Assembly: GCA_905236395.1 (NCBI GenBank)
Contig: CAJOPR010000058.1
Coordinates: forward strand, 2,515-66,514
Direction: 5' to 3'
Source of the DNA: an uncultured Bacilli bacterium
Lineage (GTDB): Bacteria > Bacillota_I > Bacilli_A > RFN20 > CAG-826
Length of the DNA stretch: 64,000 bases
In this document: positions 29,838 to 40,096 of the stretch, in pieces
Numbering within the stretch: the first letter of the stretch is position 1
Layout of the letters: each line of letters opens with the position of its first letter
Position numbers and translations under genes: made by a program
The notes under the pieces: model-generated
What the model saw: only the letters and a program-made list of their open reading frames with translations
Told to the model about the DNA's origin: nothing
Database searches by the model: none

Positions 29838-29868
29838 AGAAAACCACCCAAATGGGTGGTTCTTTATT
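29838..29868. terminator. Bidirectional terminator (aaccaccca-aa-tgggtggtt)
   Basis: Perfect 9-bp stem between convergent genes. Confidence 0.7.
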
Positions 29869-29878
29869 AATAGATTAA

Positions 29879-30625
29879 TTATTTGGCTTTGCCTTGGTTG
29901 GCGACGGCTTCCATTTGTTTTTTGAGTTCTTCTTCATCCATTAAGTAGTAGTGTTTAATGGCTTTCATATTGTCATCGAATTCATAGACAAGTGGGACAC
30001 CTGTAGGAATGTTAACACCAACGATTTCTTCATCAGGCATATTGTCGAAGTATTTAACTAAGGCTCTTAAAGAATTACCATGGGCAACCACGAGGACTCT
30101 CTTACCAGCTTCCATTTCTGGTTTAATGACTTCTTCAAAATATGGAACTGCACGTTTAACTGTCAATTCTAATGATTCATTAAGTGGTAAATCTTTTGAA
30201 TCAACATCTCTGAATTGTGCTTGTAAAGCTGGGTTTCTTGGATCTTTTGGATCTAAGGCTGGTGGTGGGCAGTCATAGGAACGACGCCAGATCTTCACTT
30301 GTTCTTCACCATACTTAGCAGCGGTCTCTGCTTTGTTTAAGCCTTGTAAGGCACCATAGTGACGTTCATTTAATCTCCAGGATTTATAAACTGGCAACCA
30401 TTCTCTATCTAATTCAAAGAGAACGTTATTCATTGTATGAATAGCTCTTTTTAATAATGAAGTATGTACGACATCAAAGTCATATCCTTTTTCTTTTAAT
30501 GCTTTACCAGCGCGGTGAGCTTCTTCAACACCTTTTTCGGATAATTCAACATCTGTCCATCCGGTAAAGAGATTGAGCTTGTTCCATTCGGATTCACCGT
30601 GTCTAATTAAAACTAGTTTGTGCAT
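29879..30625 (-). CDS. gpmA: 2,3-bisphosphoglycerate-dependent phosphoglycerate mutase
   Basis: [10 protein letters not shown] catalytic His motif. About 248 aa. Confidence 0.9.
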   Translation of the reverse strand: MHKLVLIRHGESEWNKLNLFTGWTDVELSEKGVEEAHRAGKALKEKGYDFDVVHTSLLKRAIHTMNNVLFELDREWLPVYKSWRLNERHYGALQGLNKAETAAKYGEEQVKIWRRSYDCPPPALDPKDPRNPALQAQFRDVDSKDLPLNESLELTVKRAVPYFEEVIKPEMEAGKRVLVVAHGNSLRALVKYFDNMPDEEIVGVNIPTGVPLVYEFDDNMKAIKHYYLMDEEELKKQMEAVANQGKAK

Positions 30626-30691
30626 AATGCATCCTCCGTATAACAGATTTATTATACTATTTTCTAAATAGGTATAAAATAGAAATACAAT

Positions 30692-31825
30692 ATGGCAGAT
30701 AAAATAGTTAATCGAGATAAGGTCATTATTCGTACCAGTATTGTTGGCATTATTGGCAACGTTTTACTTGTTGGTTTTAAAGCAACGATCGGTTTTATTG
30801 TTGGATCTATCGCGATTATCATGGACGCGGTTAATAACTTAACTGATGCCCTAAGCAGCATTATCACAATTATCGGCACTAAACTCGCTAATAAGAAACC
30901 GGATAAAAAACACCCATATGGACATGGACGTGTGGAATATATCACATCCACGCTTATAGGTGCGATCGTATTATTCGCTGGTGGATTAGCTATCTATGAA
31001 TCAATCATATCCATCATTGATTACTTTAAGAATGGTGTTCAACCAGACTATAGTCTCGTTTCCTTATTTATCATTGGTGGTGCGATATTAGTTAAAGTCG
31101 GAATTGGCATCTTCTTTAAGATTCAAGGCAAGAAAGTTGATAGTGAAGCCTTAAAAGCATCTGGGACAGATGCATTATGGGATGCGGCCTTGTCAGGCGC
31201 CACTTTAGTGGGTGCAATATTCGCCTATACACTCGGATGGTACGTTGAAGGATATATCGGTATTCTTATCGGTTTATTCATTATTAAATCCGGTATCGGA
31301 ATTGTTAGAGAATCAATTTCCTCAATTATTGGTGAAAGACACGACATCGAAGAGACAAAACATATTATCGAAGATATTAACTCCATCGATGGTGTTAAAG
31401 GCGCGTACGACTTAATTATCAATAATTATGGACATAATAAGAATATTGGTTCTGTTCATATCGGCGTGGATGGGAAGATCTCAGCTAGGGAAATACAAGT
31501 CATTGAAAGAAACATTACTCAACTAATGTATATGAAATATAACATCACTATGACTGTAGGCATCTATGCGGATAACGAAGATTCCGAACTGACAAACGCG
31601 ATGCGCTCTACGCTTGTAAAAACGATAAAAGGAAATCCACACATCTTGCAGATGCACGGTTTCTTTGTGGATATTGAAAATAAATTCGCTAACTTTGACT
31701 TAGTAGTATCTTTTGATGAAAAAGAACCAGAGAAGTTGATTAATGAAGTAAAGGTAGCAATGGAACAAGCGTATCCCGATTACACATTCTTTGTGCAGTT
31801 AGATAAGGATTATTCGCTTAGCTAA
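30692..31825 (+). CDS. Cation diffusion facilitator (CDF) family transporter
   Basis: 6-TM N-terminal domain and cytoplasmic C-terminal domain. Confidence 0.75.
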   Translation: MADKIVNRDKVIIRTSIVGIIGNVLLVGFKATIGFIVGSIAIIMDAVNNLTDALSSIITIIGTKLANKKPDKKHPYGHGRVEYITSTLIGAIVLFAGGLAIYESIISIIDYFKNGVQPDYSLVSLFIIGGAILVKVGIGIFFKIQGKKVDSEALKASGTDALWDAALSGATLVGAIFAYTLGWYVEGYIGILIGLFIIKSGIGIVRESISSIIGERHDIEETKHIIEDINSIDGVKGAYDLIINNYGHNKNIGSVHIGVDGKISAREIQVIERNITQLMYMKYNITMTVGIYADNEDSELTNAMRSTLVKTIKGNPHILQMHGFFVDIENKFANFDLVVSFDEKEPEKLINEVKVAMEQAYPDYTFFVQLDKDYSLS

Positions 31826-31826
31826 T

Positions 31827-32537
31827 ATGGAAGATAGATTTTCTAGAACCAAACTTATATACGGAAATGACGCGATTGATTCTTTAAAGGATAGACACGT
31901 CATTGTTTTTGGTGTTGGCGGAGTTGGTGGTTATGTCATTGAAGCCCTAGCTAGAAGTGGTGTTGGAGAACTGACAATAGTCGATAATGACGTTGTTTCT
32001 CCATCTAATATCAACCGTCAAATAATAGCTTTGGAATCCACGATCGGAAAAGTGAAAGTGGATGTCATGAAAGAAAGGCTTTTAGATATCAACCCAGAGA
32101 TAAAAGTACATGCAAAACAGGTGTTCTTTTTACCAGAGAATGCTGATGATTTTGAGTGGTCAAAATATGACTATATTGTCGATGCGATTGACACCACAAA
32201 GGCAAAGGTCGCTCTAGTGTTAATTGCCGATAAATACAATGTACCGATTATCTCATCAATGGGAACCGGAAACAAAACCAATCCAATGGGATTTGTGGTC
32301 ACTGACATCAACAAAACAGAAGTTGATCCGTTAGCAAAATCCATCAGACAACAATTAAGAAAACTAGGTATCAAACACTTAAAAGTAGTTTATTCAAAGG
32401 AAATGCCAGTTGATAGTGCTGAAGAAAAGCAAAAAGACTGCAAAACTGGAAAAATAGTGCCGGGTAGTAGCGCTTTTGTTCCTTCCGCCGCAGGATTATT
32501 GATGGCGTCAGAAGTAGTTAAAGATTTAATAAAATAG
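31827..32537 (+). CDS. tcdA: tRNA threonylcarbamoyladenosine dehydratase (ThiF/MoeB-like)
   Basis: GVGGVGGYVIEALARSGVGELTIVDND Rossmann motif. Confidence 0.7.
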   Translation: MEDRFSRTKLIYGNDAIDSLKDRHVIVFGVGGVGGYVIEALARSGVGELTIVDNDVVSPSNINRQIIALESTIGKVKVDVMKERLLDINPEIKVHAKQVFFLPENADDFEWSKYDYIVDAIDTTKAKVALVLIADKYNVPIISSMGTGNKTNPMGFVVTDINKTEVDPLAKSIRQQLRKLGIKHLKVVYSKEMPVDSAEEKQKDCKTGKIVPGSSAFVPSAAGLLMASEVVKDLIK

Positions 32538-32566
32538 ATGCTGTGTAGGATATGGCATCTTTTTAT
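32538..32566 (+). terminator. Terminator after tcdA
   Basis: gatgc...gcatc hairpin + ttttt. Confidence 0.5.
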
Positions 32567-32657
32567 TTATGCTTCATCGAAACAATAACAATATAAATAT
32601 ATAATTGCTATTAATAATTAAAAGGACTAAACTTTATACCGAAAGGAAGATAACGGT

Positions 32658-34073
32658 ATGAAATATTTAAGTGTATCTGAAGTTGCAAAGTTGTGGAATT
32701 TAAACGAAAGAAGAGTTCGTGTTTTACTCCAGGAAGGGCGTATTGAAGGCGCTGTTTTGAAAGGTCATAAATACTTAATTCCTGAGACCGCAACAAAACC
32801 ATTAGATAGAAGAGTTAAAGGGCAAAGAGCGTTTGAAGATTCTCCTATCAAAAATAGCGAAATTGATTTTAAAAATTATAGAAAGATTTATCCAAGTAGT
32901 GATGGCTATTTTGGAAGATATGGTGGATCCTTCTTGCCGAGCAATCTTCAAAAAGCTTTTGATGAAATTTATGCCGGTTATCTAACTATTGCTAAGAGCT
33001 CAAAGTTTATTGCGGAGCTCAGAGAAATTAGAAAGAACTATCAAGGCAGACCAACGCCTATCTACCATTGTCAAAACTTATCCAATTATTTAGGAAAAGT
33101 ACAAATCTATCTTAAGAGAGAGGATTTAAATCATGGTGGTGCTCATAAATTAAATAACGCTATGGGACAAGCTTTGCTTGCTAAATATTTAGGCAAGAAA
33201 AAACTTATCGCGGAAACTGGCGCAGGCAGTCATGGATCCGCTGTTGCTATGGCGGCAGCTTATTTTGGATTAGAATGTGACATTTACATGGGTGAAGTTG
33301 ATATGGAAAAACAAGCTGCCAATGTCGCAAGAATGAGAGTGTTAGGAGCAAGAGTTATTCCTGTTTCCTTAGGAACTAGAACATTAAAAGAAGCAGTAGA
33401 CGCTGCTTTTGAAAACTATGCTAAAGAATATAAAACCGCTTTCTATTGCTTAGGAAGCGCAGTTGGTCCTCATCCATATCCATTAATGGTTAGGGATTTC
33501 CAAGAGATTATTGGTAGAGAAGCCAAACAACAATTCTTAGAAATGACTGGTGAATTACCAGATATCGTTTGTGCTTGTGTTGGCGGTGGATCTAACGCAA
33601 TTGGTATGTTTGAAGCGTTCCTAGAAGAGCCAGTTAATATCGTTGGCGTAGAACCAATGGGTCAAGGACCAGAAATTGGTAAGAATGCTGCGACTATGTC
33701 ATTTGGTAAAGAACAAGTGTTGCATGGATTTAATTCTATAGTTCTTCAAAACCCTGATGGTACCCCCGCTAATGCTTACAGCATTGCATCAGGCTTAGAC
33801 TATCCAGGTGTCGGACCAGAACATGCTTTCTTAAGAGAAATCGGAAGAGTCAAATATGAAGCCATCACAGATGATGAAGCCGCTGAAGCATTCTTCTTAT
33901 TGTCTAAGCTTGAAGGCATTATTCCAGCGATTGAATCAAGTCACGCTCTAGCGTACGCCATTAAATGCGCTAGAAGAATGTCTTCTGGAAGCATTTTAGT
34001 TAACTTATCTGGTAGAGGCGATAAAGACCTCGATTTCATGATCGAAAAATACCCTCAGTACTTAAATCAATAG
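32658..34073 (+). CDS. trpB: Tryptophan synthase beta-like PLP enzyme with an N-terminal HTH (MerR/excisionase-like) domain
   Basis: Residues 1-45 form an HTH_17-like segment. The remainder matches canonical TrpB, e.g. [11 protein letters not shown]. No trpA adjacent. Confidence 0.75.
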   Translation: MKYLSVSEVAKLWNLNERRVRVLLQEGRIEGAVLKGHKYLIPETATKPLDRRVKGQRAFEDSPIKNSEIDFKNYRKIYPSSDGYFGRYGGSFLPSNLQKAFDEIYAGYLTIAKSSKFIAELREIRKNYQGRPTPIYHCQNLSNYLGKVQIYLKREDLNHGGAHKLNNAMGQALLAKYLGKKKLIAETGAGSHGSAVAMAAAYFGLECDIYMGEVDMEKQAANVARMRVLGARVIPVSLGTRTLKEAVDAAFENYAKEYKTAFYCLGSAVGPHPYPLMVRDFQEIIGREAKQQFLEMTGELPDIVCACVGGGSNAIGMFEAFLEEPVNIVGVEPMGQGPEIGKNAATMSFGKEQVLHGFNSIVLQNPDGTPANAYSIASGLDYPGVGPEHAFLREIGRVKYEAITDDEAAEAFFLLSKLEGIIPAIESSHALAYAIKCARRMSSGSILVNLSGRGDKDLDFMIEKYPQYLNQ

Positions 34074-34121
34074 GTTTAATTATTATCGTTAGTCATTTAT
34101 AATGGATAGCGGTAATTATTT

Positions 34122-35042
34122 ATGAAAAAACGTCTACACTTTTACATCGTGGGTGGCATTTTGTTAATTGGCATCATCCTCGGTTCCATTTTTGATTTGC
34201 AAATTAACGAGTTTCTATTTGACCGTTACAACGGCTTTGGTTTAGCGGTATCTGCCTTTGGCATGATTCCTGGATACGGATCACTTACCTTTATGGGTGG
34301 TGTTTTATTCGCTTTAACGTTACATAGTAAAGAGTTTAAGACATGGCTCAAGGTTATCTTCTATATCTTCAGCGTTACCTTATATGGTTTAGCGGTCTAT
34401 TTCTTAGGCCGTGATGTTTTTAACATCAACGGTTTCTATAGCCCTCAAATATCCTGGTTAGGTTTCGTCATTATGGGATTAATTAATATTCCTATTGGAT
34501 ACTTCGGATATTGGATGGGTAAAAGAAACACCAACCCAAAAATGTGGATTATTGTATTAATTCTTGCTGTTGCTATGTTCGTGGCGCTTGTGCCATTCAC
34601 CACATTGCTAAAAGCAATTATGCATCGTCCAAGATATAGAATTGCTATTTATGAAGGACATATTGGTTTCCGTAACTGGTGGCAAGTCACAAGTAACTAT
34701 AAGGATTATATTGATGCTTCTTTAGGTGCATTAACCAAAGATGAGTTTAAATCATTCCCATCTGGTCACTCCAGCGCGACATTATGTTCACTTATCACCC
34801 TCATCTTAATTCCAATGTTAGAACCAAAGATGAAGGACTACGATGTCGTCTTATTCTATTCTGGATTTGCGTGGACATTGCTAATTATGTTCTCTCGTAT
34901 GCTTGTAGGCGCTCACTTCTTGAGTGATGTATGTTTCGGCGCACTCATCACACTTGTATGCGTGTACATTGGAAACGAAATTATTGTTCGTAAATTTCTT
35001 CCTAAGGAAGAACCTGCAAAGGAAGTAGTTGCAAATGAATAA
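34122..35042 (+). CDS. PAP2-family membrane phosphatase
   Basis: KxxxxxxRP-like, PSGH and SRxxxxxHxxxD motifs (PSGHSS, SRMLVGAHFLSD). Confidence 0.7.
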   Translation: MKKRLHFYIVGGILLIGIILGSIFDLQINEFLFDRYNGFGLAVSAFGMIPGYGSLTFMGGVLFALTLHSKEFKTWLKVIFYIFSVTLYGLAVYFLGRDVFNINGFYSPQISWLGFVIMGLINIPIGYFGYWMGKRNTNPKMWIIVLILAVAMFVALVPFTTLLKAIMHRPRYRIAIYEGHIGFRNWWQVTSNYKDYIDASLGALTKDEFKSFPSGHSSATLCSLITLILIPMLEPKMKDYDVVLFYSGFAWTLLIMFSRMLVGAHFLSDVCFGALITLVCVYIGNEIIVRKFLPKEEPAKEVVANE

Positions 35043-36435
35043 GAAAGTATTGGTATTAGCCATTACTGCTTTATTAATGGTGGGATGTGCACAACGTGGA
35101 ACATCCTCAGTTACCAGTGAATCATCTAGTGGTTCAGGATCAAGTTCTGAATCTTCCAGTGAAGGACAATCTTCTTCCGGTGAATCCTCTTCAGGTGGAG
35201 AATCATCAAGTGAAGATTCATCGAGTGAATCATCTTCTAGTGAGGAAGAGCCACAAGAAGAAACTCCCACAGATTTAGGTGTGATGACTATTGCTCAAGC
35301 TAATGCTTGGCTAGAAGAACATAAGGGAGAAATTCCGAGACATGCTAATGACAGTCGCAATGGCGTGGATAAAACAAGGATGATAACGGTTAGAGGCTAT
35401 GCGATTGGCAAGTTTGACACAGTTAAAACTATGAAAAAATATGGTTTAGACAACAATAAACCAGGCCGTGTTATTTTAGGCGATGTTAATGGTTATATTG
35501 TTGTTGAATCTGATGTCACTAAGGGTGGATCAAATTTATATGACAAACTTGATGACAAATATGTTAATAAGGACACTTCTAAATATGAAGTGACTGGATA
35601 TCCATCCATCACAATGGGCCAAGTCCATTTGCAAATTCCCAGTAATAAAAATTTCTACACATTAAATCAAAATTTAGATATCACTAAAAATATATCTTCT
35701 TATATTGATGAAACCATTGAATTGTCTGAATTCTTTAACGAAGTTAAAGACACTCAATATAACTGCTCTGGTCATGGATATGACAAGGTCTATTGCATTA
35801 ATTCTTTAACCTGTTACCATTACAATTCCAAAGACAATTTCTATTATTTCACTGACGGCGAAAGAATTGTAAAAGTCATGGATCAAAACTTAACTGCCAG
35901 TATAGGGTATAAGTACAATGTTATTGGCATGGCCACAACAAAAAACTATGCTCCAGCTATCCAAGCTATTTCTCTTGAACCTGTAACGGGCGAAGGTGCT
36001 GCTGTTGACACTTCAAAGGCGATCACTCGTGGTAGTGTAGACTTATTAAAAATTAAAACCTCGCAAGATGAAACATCAACAAGGTTTGACAATTTCGTCT
36101 TATCCTTTGGTGGTATTTACAAAGCGGAAGTTCATTTCAATGTTGCTACCGAGAATTCGAATTATTATGTTGGATTCTCAGATGCCGTTTTAAATAGTGG
36201 GAAAGAAATTACTGGTAAGGATAACGCAGGAACTGCCGGTCTTGTCTTCGTGGACAACAATAGATTTTGGAATGTGACAAAAACAGAAATCAACACCTAT
36301 AACGGTTATAAAGACCTTATTGGCAAGAATGAAACGGGCATGGTTTATTACATTCCAGTTCAAGTGACGTATTCCTCAAATAAACCAATCTACAAGGTTT
36401 TCTTATTGCCAGAAACCATTCCTGCAGTCGTGTAA
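35035..36435 (+). CDS. Lipoprotein with a Ser-rich linker, unknown function
   Basis: Lipobox LLMVGC. SSESSS low-complexity segment. ATG at 35035 with RBS aaggaag; the supplied ORF track starts at a TTG at 35029. Confidence 0.6.
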   Translation: MNKKVLVLAITALLMVGCAQRGTSSVTSESSSGSGSSSESSSEGQSSSGESSSGGESSSEDSSSESSSSEEEPQEETPTDLGVMTIAQANAWLEEHKGEIPRHANDSRNGVDKTRMITVRGYAIGKFDTVKTMKKYGLDNNKPGRVILGDVNGYIVVESDVTKGGSNLYDKLDDKYVNKDTSKYEVTGYPSITMGQVHLQIPSNKNFYTLNQNLDITKNISSYIDETIELSEFFNEVKDTQYNCSGHGYDKVYCINSLTCYHYNSKDNFYYFTDGERIVKVMDQNLTASIGYKYNVIGMATTKNYAPAIQAISLEPVTGEGAAVDTSKAITRGSVDLLKIKTSQDETSTRFDNFVLSFGGIYKAEVHFNVATENSNYYVGFSDAVLNSGKEITGKDNAGTAGLVFVDNNRFWNVTKTEINTYNGYKDLIGKNETGMVYYIPVQVTYSSNKPIYKVFLLPETIPAVV

Positions 36436-36469
36436 CCTAGTGACATATTGTTACATGTGTAAGATTAAA

Positions 36470-36501
36470 AAGAGTATCTATTTGTTTAGATACTTTTTTA
36501 T
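36470..36501 (+). terminator. Terminator
   Basis: agtatcta-tttgtt-tagatact + tttttt. Confidence 0.6.
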
Positions 36502-36531
36502 TTTATGATTTAACCGAATAGAGGTTTTCAT

Positions 36532-37401
36532 ATGTATACATTATTCGTTGATACTGACTCTGACATGACCCCAGAGTTATGCGCTAAATACGGTGCGAAA
36601 TTAATTATTATGCCTTACACACTCAACGATAAGGAAGTTAAGCCTTATGTTGATTTTGATAAGTTTAATGGAAAAGAATTCTATGACATTTTAAGAAAAG
36701 GTACTTTACCAAGTACAGCTGCTCTTCCTCCACAAGCTTATATCGATTACTTTGAACCTGAATTCAAAGCGGGAAGAGATATTCTTTATTGTCACTTTTC
36801 AAGCGCAATGTCTGGAACATTTAATTCCATGAGATTAGCCTTAGAGGAATTAAAAGAAAAGTATCCAGAAAGAAACGTCTACACAGTGGATACATTATCC
36901 ATTACCGCAGGTAGCTACGCAGTCGCTATCGAAGTCATGGAATTATATAAAGAAGGTAAATCCATTGAAGAGATCCAAAAGTGGGCCGAGACAGAAGTGG
37001 AAAAACACACCATCTACTTCTATGCTGATAATTTAAAGTTCTTCGCTAAGAGCGGACGTGTCAGTGGATTCAAAGCTTTCATGGGTGGATTAATTGGCAT
37101 CAAACCAATCATCTACGTTAGTAGTGAAGGTAAGATGGTCTCCATCGACAAAGGCCGTGGTAGACAAGCTGCTTTGAATAAGATTCTTGACTATGTCAAA
37201 AAGTTACAAGATGACATCTACTCCCACAGAGTGGTTATCGGACATAGCGATGCCCTTCCATTAGCGGAAGAAATGGCGGCAATGCTTAGAAAAGAATTCG
37301 GTGAACAATTAAATATCGAATTTGTGGAAGTGAACCCCACAATCGGTGGCCATTGTGGTCCTGACTGTATCGGTGTGGCTTTCCATAGCATTCATAGATA
37401 A
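36532..37401 (+). CDS. DegV family fatty-acid-binding protein
   Basis: Family pattern MYTLFVDTDSDMTPELCAKYG... Confidence 0.75.
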   Translation: MYTLFVDTDSDMTPELCAKYGAKLIIMPYTLNDKEVKPYVDFDKFNGKEFYDILRKGTLPSTAALPPQAYIDYFEPEFKAGRDILYCHFSSAMSGTFNSMRLALEELKEKYPERNVYTVDTLSITAGSYAVAIEVMELYKEGKSIEEIQKWAETEVEKHTIYFYADNLKFFAKSGRVSGFKAFMGGLIGIKPIIYVSSEGKMVSIDKGRGRQAALNKILDYVKKLQDDIYSHRVVIGHSDALPLAEEMAAMLRKEFGEQLNIEFVEVNPTIGGHCGPDCIGVAFHSIHR

Positions 37402-37452
37402 AGAGAATGGGTTTCCCATTCTTTTTTATTAAAAGCATGATATAATCAAAAC

Positions 37453-38274
37453 ATGTTAATTTTGATTGGCGCGATTTTATCATTAGGTGGTACCATTGGT
37501 ACTTGGTTTGGATTTGGTTTCCACACTAAGTCTCCTTGGTATCTCTTTCTTTTGTTAGCCTTTTTCATCACATACTTTGTGGTCTATTTAAACATCTATT
37601 GGTTGATCTATCTAATCACCATTAGAAAGTTTAAAAAGATTGAGTCTGCGGAAAAGGTCAATTTGTTCTATTTATTGAACGTCAGATGGACCGCGGAATT
37701 CATTCTTACCATTAATGGTATTTTTGTGAAGAAAATAGGCTTTAAGAACCGCAAAAAGGAAGCGGGCCTATATTTATTCAATCACATCTCAGATTATGAC
37801 CCCTGGGCCATATATAAGATTATGGGTGGTAGATATGCCTTTGTTGGTAAGAAAGCATTAACAGGTATACCTATGGTTAAGGCTATGGCCTCATCTATTG
37901 GCACCCTCTATGTCGATAATGGTGATAAAGACACAAACAACAAGATGATTGATAAAGCAGTTAGATATATCACTAAACAAGATACAAGCGTCGTTATCGC
38001 ACCAGAAGGAACTAGAAGCTTTGATGGTCAACTTCGCCCCTTTAAACATGGTGGTTTCCATATCGCTTTACATAGTAAATGTCCAATTTATTTAATCGGC
38101 ATCAAGAATATGGAAAAGGCTTTAAAGAAAAAGAAATATCAAGCAGCGAAAGTGGATATAGAGCTTTTCGGTGAAATTAAACCAGAAGAATATGAAGGCA
38201 AGACCGCAGGTGAACTCGCGGAACTCTGCGAAGAAAAATATCGCGTTTTCTTAGGACAAGAAAAGCATGAATAG
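37453..38274 (+). CDS. plsC: 1-acyl-sn-glycerol-3-phosphate acyltransferase
   Basis: NHISDYD (HX4D) and APEGTRS motifs. N-terminal TM helices. Confidence 0.75.
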   Translation: MLILIGAILSLGGTIGTWFGFGFHTKSPWYLFLLLAFFITYFVVYLNIYWLIYLITIRKFKKIESAEKVNLFYLLNVRWTAEFILTINGIFVKKIGFKNRKKEAGLYLFNHISDYDPWAIYKIMGGRYAFVGKKALTGIPMVKAMASSIGTLYVDNGDKDTNNKMIDKAVRYITKQDTSVVIAPEGTRSFDGQLRPFKHGGFHIALHSKCPIYLIGIKNMEKALKKKKYQAAKVDIELFGEIKPEEYEGKTAGELAELCEEKYRVFLGQEKHE

Positions 38275-38809
38275 ATTAATTCTCATTACTGGAGATTTAG
38301 CAAGTGGCAAGTCAACCTTAGCCACTTCTTTATCGTATGCTCTGAATATCCCATGTTTTATTAAAGACACGATAAAAGAGAAATATGCGGATATGTATGG
38401 ATTTACCACTCGCGAGGAGAATAGAGCCCTCTCCGTTAAAGCGGTGAATCACATGATTTCCGCTTACGAACAATTCGCCAAAAATGGTAGTGATGTAATC
38501 CTAGAAGCTAACTTCAGAAGTGAAGAACTAAATAGGTTAAAAATATTATCGGAAAAATATACCTATGAAGTAGTGTTATTTATCCTTAGAAGTGATATCG
38601 AAGTTTTGTATCAGAGATTCCTTGCTAGATTACCAAATAGACACAAGGCTCATACCTCTATGCATTTAGATGAAAACATAGATAAATTTGCGAGTTATGT
38701 GAATGAATTAAGAAAGGAAGATCCAGTCTTCATTCCTCATATCATTGACACAACGAAATTAAGTGAAAAAGAAGTGCTAGATAAGGCACTAAATATATTA
38801 AGAAAATAG
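38267..38809 (+). CDS. P-loop NTPase / AAA-type kinase family protein
   Basis: Walker A GDLASGKST. 180 aa. Overlaps plsC by 8 nt. Confidence 0.5.
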   Translation: MNRLILITGDLASGKSTLATSLSYALNIPCFIKDTIKEKYADMYGFTTREENRALSVKAVNHMISAYEQFAKNGSDVILEANFRSEELNRLKILSEKYTYEVVLFILRSDIEVLYQRFLARLPNRHKAHTSMHLDENIDKFASYVNELRKEDPVFIPHIIDTTKLSEKEVLDKALNILRK

Positions 38810-38856
38810 CTTTAGAAAAGCATTTTATTACCATATTTCATTTTGTAAGTATATAA

Positions 38857-40065
38857 TTGAACTCAGTTATGCGTTCGATTAAAGATGTATTTGTTATAGG
38901 ACATGGACCAAGCTCATCACATACGATGGGTCCGGCTTTTGCATGTGAGTACATACTTAAAAAGTATCCAAATGCCAGATTTATCAGTGTGACTCTTGCT
39001 GGTTCTTTAGCCTTAACTGGTAAAGGTCACTTAACCGATTACATCATTGATTTAAAACTAAAACGAATTCCTCATGTCATCAACTTCAATTTCCGGAGGA
39101 AACCTAAACACCCTAATACAATGTACTTTGTTATTGAAGATAATGAAGGAAAGACATATAAAGAAGCAGTTGTTTCTATCGGTGGTGGAACGATTCTCAC
39201 AGAAGATCATCCAGAAGTTGAAAATAACGATGTATATCCACATCGTAAACTATCAGAAATACTTAAGTATTGCGAAGAAGAAAAACTCTCTTTAGCGCAA
39301 TATGTGGAACGCTTCGAAGATAGTGACATCAGAGAATATATTGAAAAGATTTATCAAACCATCAAAGAATGCCGTGAAAGAGGTATTGCTGCGACTGGTG
39401 AATTGCCTGGTTCATTACATCTCCCAAGAAAAGCGCATACTATGTATGAAGCAGCTTGTCAGATTAAAGATGGCACGAAGAACATTCATATGATGATGGC
39501 TATCTCATCCTTCGCAGTTGCTGAAGAAAATGCTTCTGGTGGAGTGGTGGTTATAGCCCCGACATGTGGATCCGCAGGTGTTATCCCTGGCGTGCTTACA
39601 TATTGTGTGATGAAAGACATGCCACATGAGAAGATTATTGATGGCTTATTAGTCGCTGGATTATTCGGTGTACTTGCTAAATCTAACGCATCCGTATCAG
39701 GTGCGGAAGCAGGCTGTCAGGCAGAGATAGGCGTAGCCTGTTCAATGGCAGCGGCGCTATGCGGAGCGGCGCAAAGCTTCTCTAACCAAGATATCGCTCA
39801 ATCCGCGGAAATTGCGCTTGAACATTCGCTTGGGTTAACATGTGATCCTGTATGTGGATACGTACAGATTCCGTGTATCGAAAGATGTGCGATGTTCTCC
39901 CTTAAAGCGGTGAACGCAGCGACACTTGCAAAACTCATTCCAGCAAGTGAAGCAAAGGTCAGTTATGATGATATCCTAAAGACCATGCTTCAAACCGGAA
40001 AAGACCTACAAGATGGGTACCGAGAAACATCCATCTCAGGTCTTGCAAAAGTAGTGAAAAAATAA
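38857..40065 (+). CDS. sdaA: L-serine dehydratase (single-chain, iron-sulfur dependent)
   Basis: N-terminal IGHGPSSSHTMGP motif. Cys residues for the 4Fe-4S cluster. Confidence 0.8.
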   Translation: MNSVMRSIKDVFVIGHGPSSSHTMGPAFACEYILKKYPNARFISVTLAGSLALTGKGHLTDYIIDLKLKRIPHVINFNFRRKPKHPNTMYFVIEDNEGKTYKEAVVSIGGGTILTEDHPEVENNDVYPHRKLSEILKYCEEEKLSLAQYVERFEDSDIREYIEKIYQTIKECRERGIAATGELPGSLHLPRKAHTMYEAACQIKDGTKNIHMMMAISSFAVAEENASGGVVVIAPTCGSAGVIPGVLTYCVMKDMPHEKIIDGLLVAGLFGVLAKSNASVSGAEAGCQAEIGVACSMAAALCGAAQSFSNQDIAQSAEIALEHSLGLTCDPVCGYVQIPCIERCAMFSLKAVNAATLAKLIPASEAKVSYDDILKTMLQTGKDLQDGYRETSISGLAKVVKK

Positions 40066-40096
40066 AAAAACATATAGATTATTTGGAGGTTAAATT

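Noticed and set aside
38857-40065. Fused beta-alpha L-serine dehydratase as a possible misassembly of two genes
   Set aside because: The N-terminal GPSSSHTMGP and continuous frame match the single-chain SdaA type. There is no internal stop or RBS.
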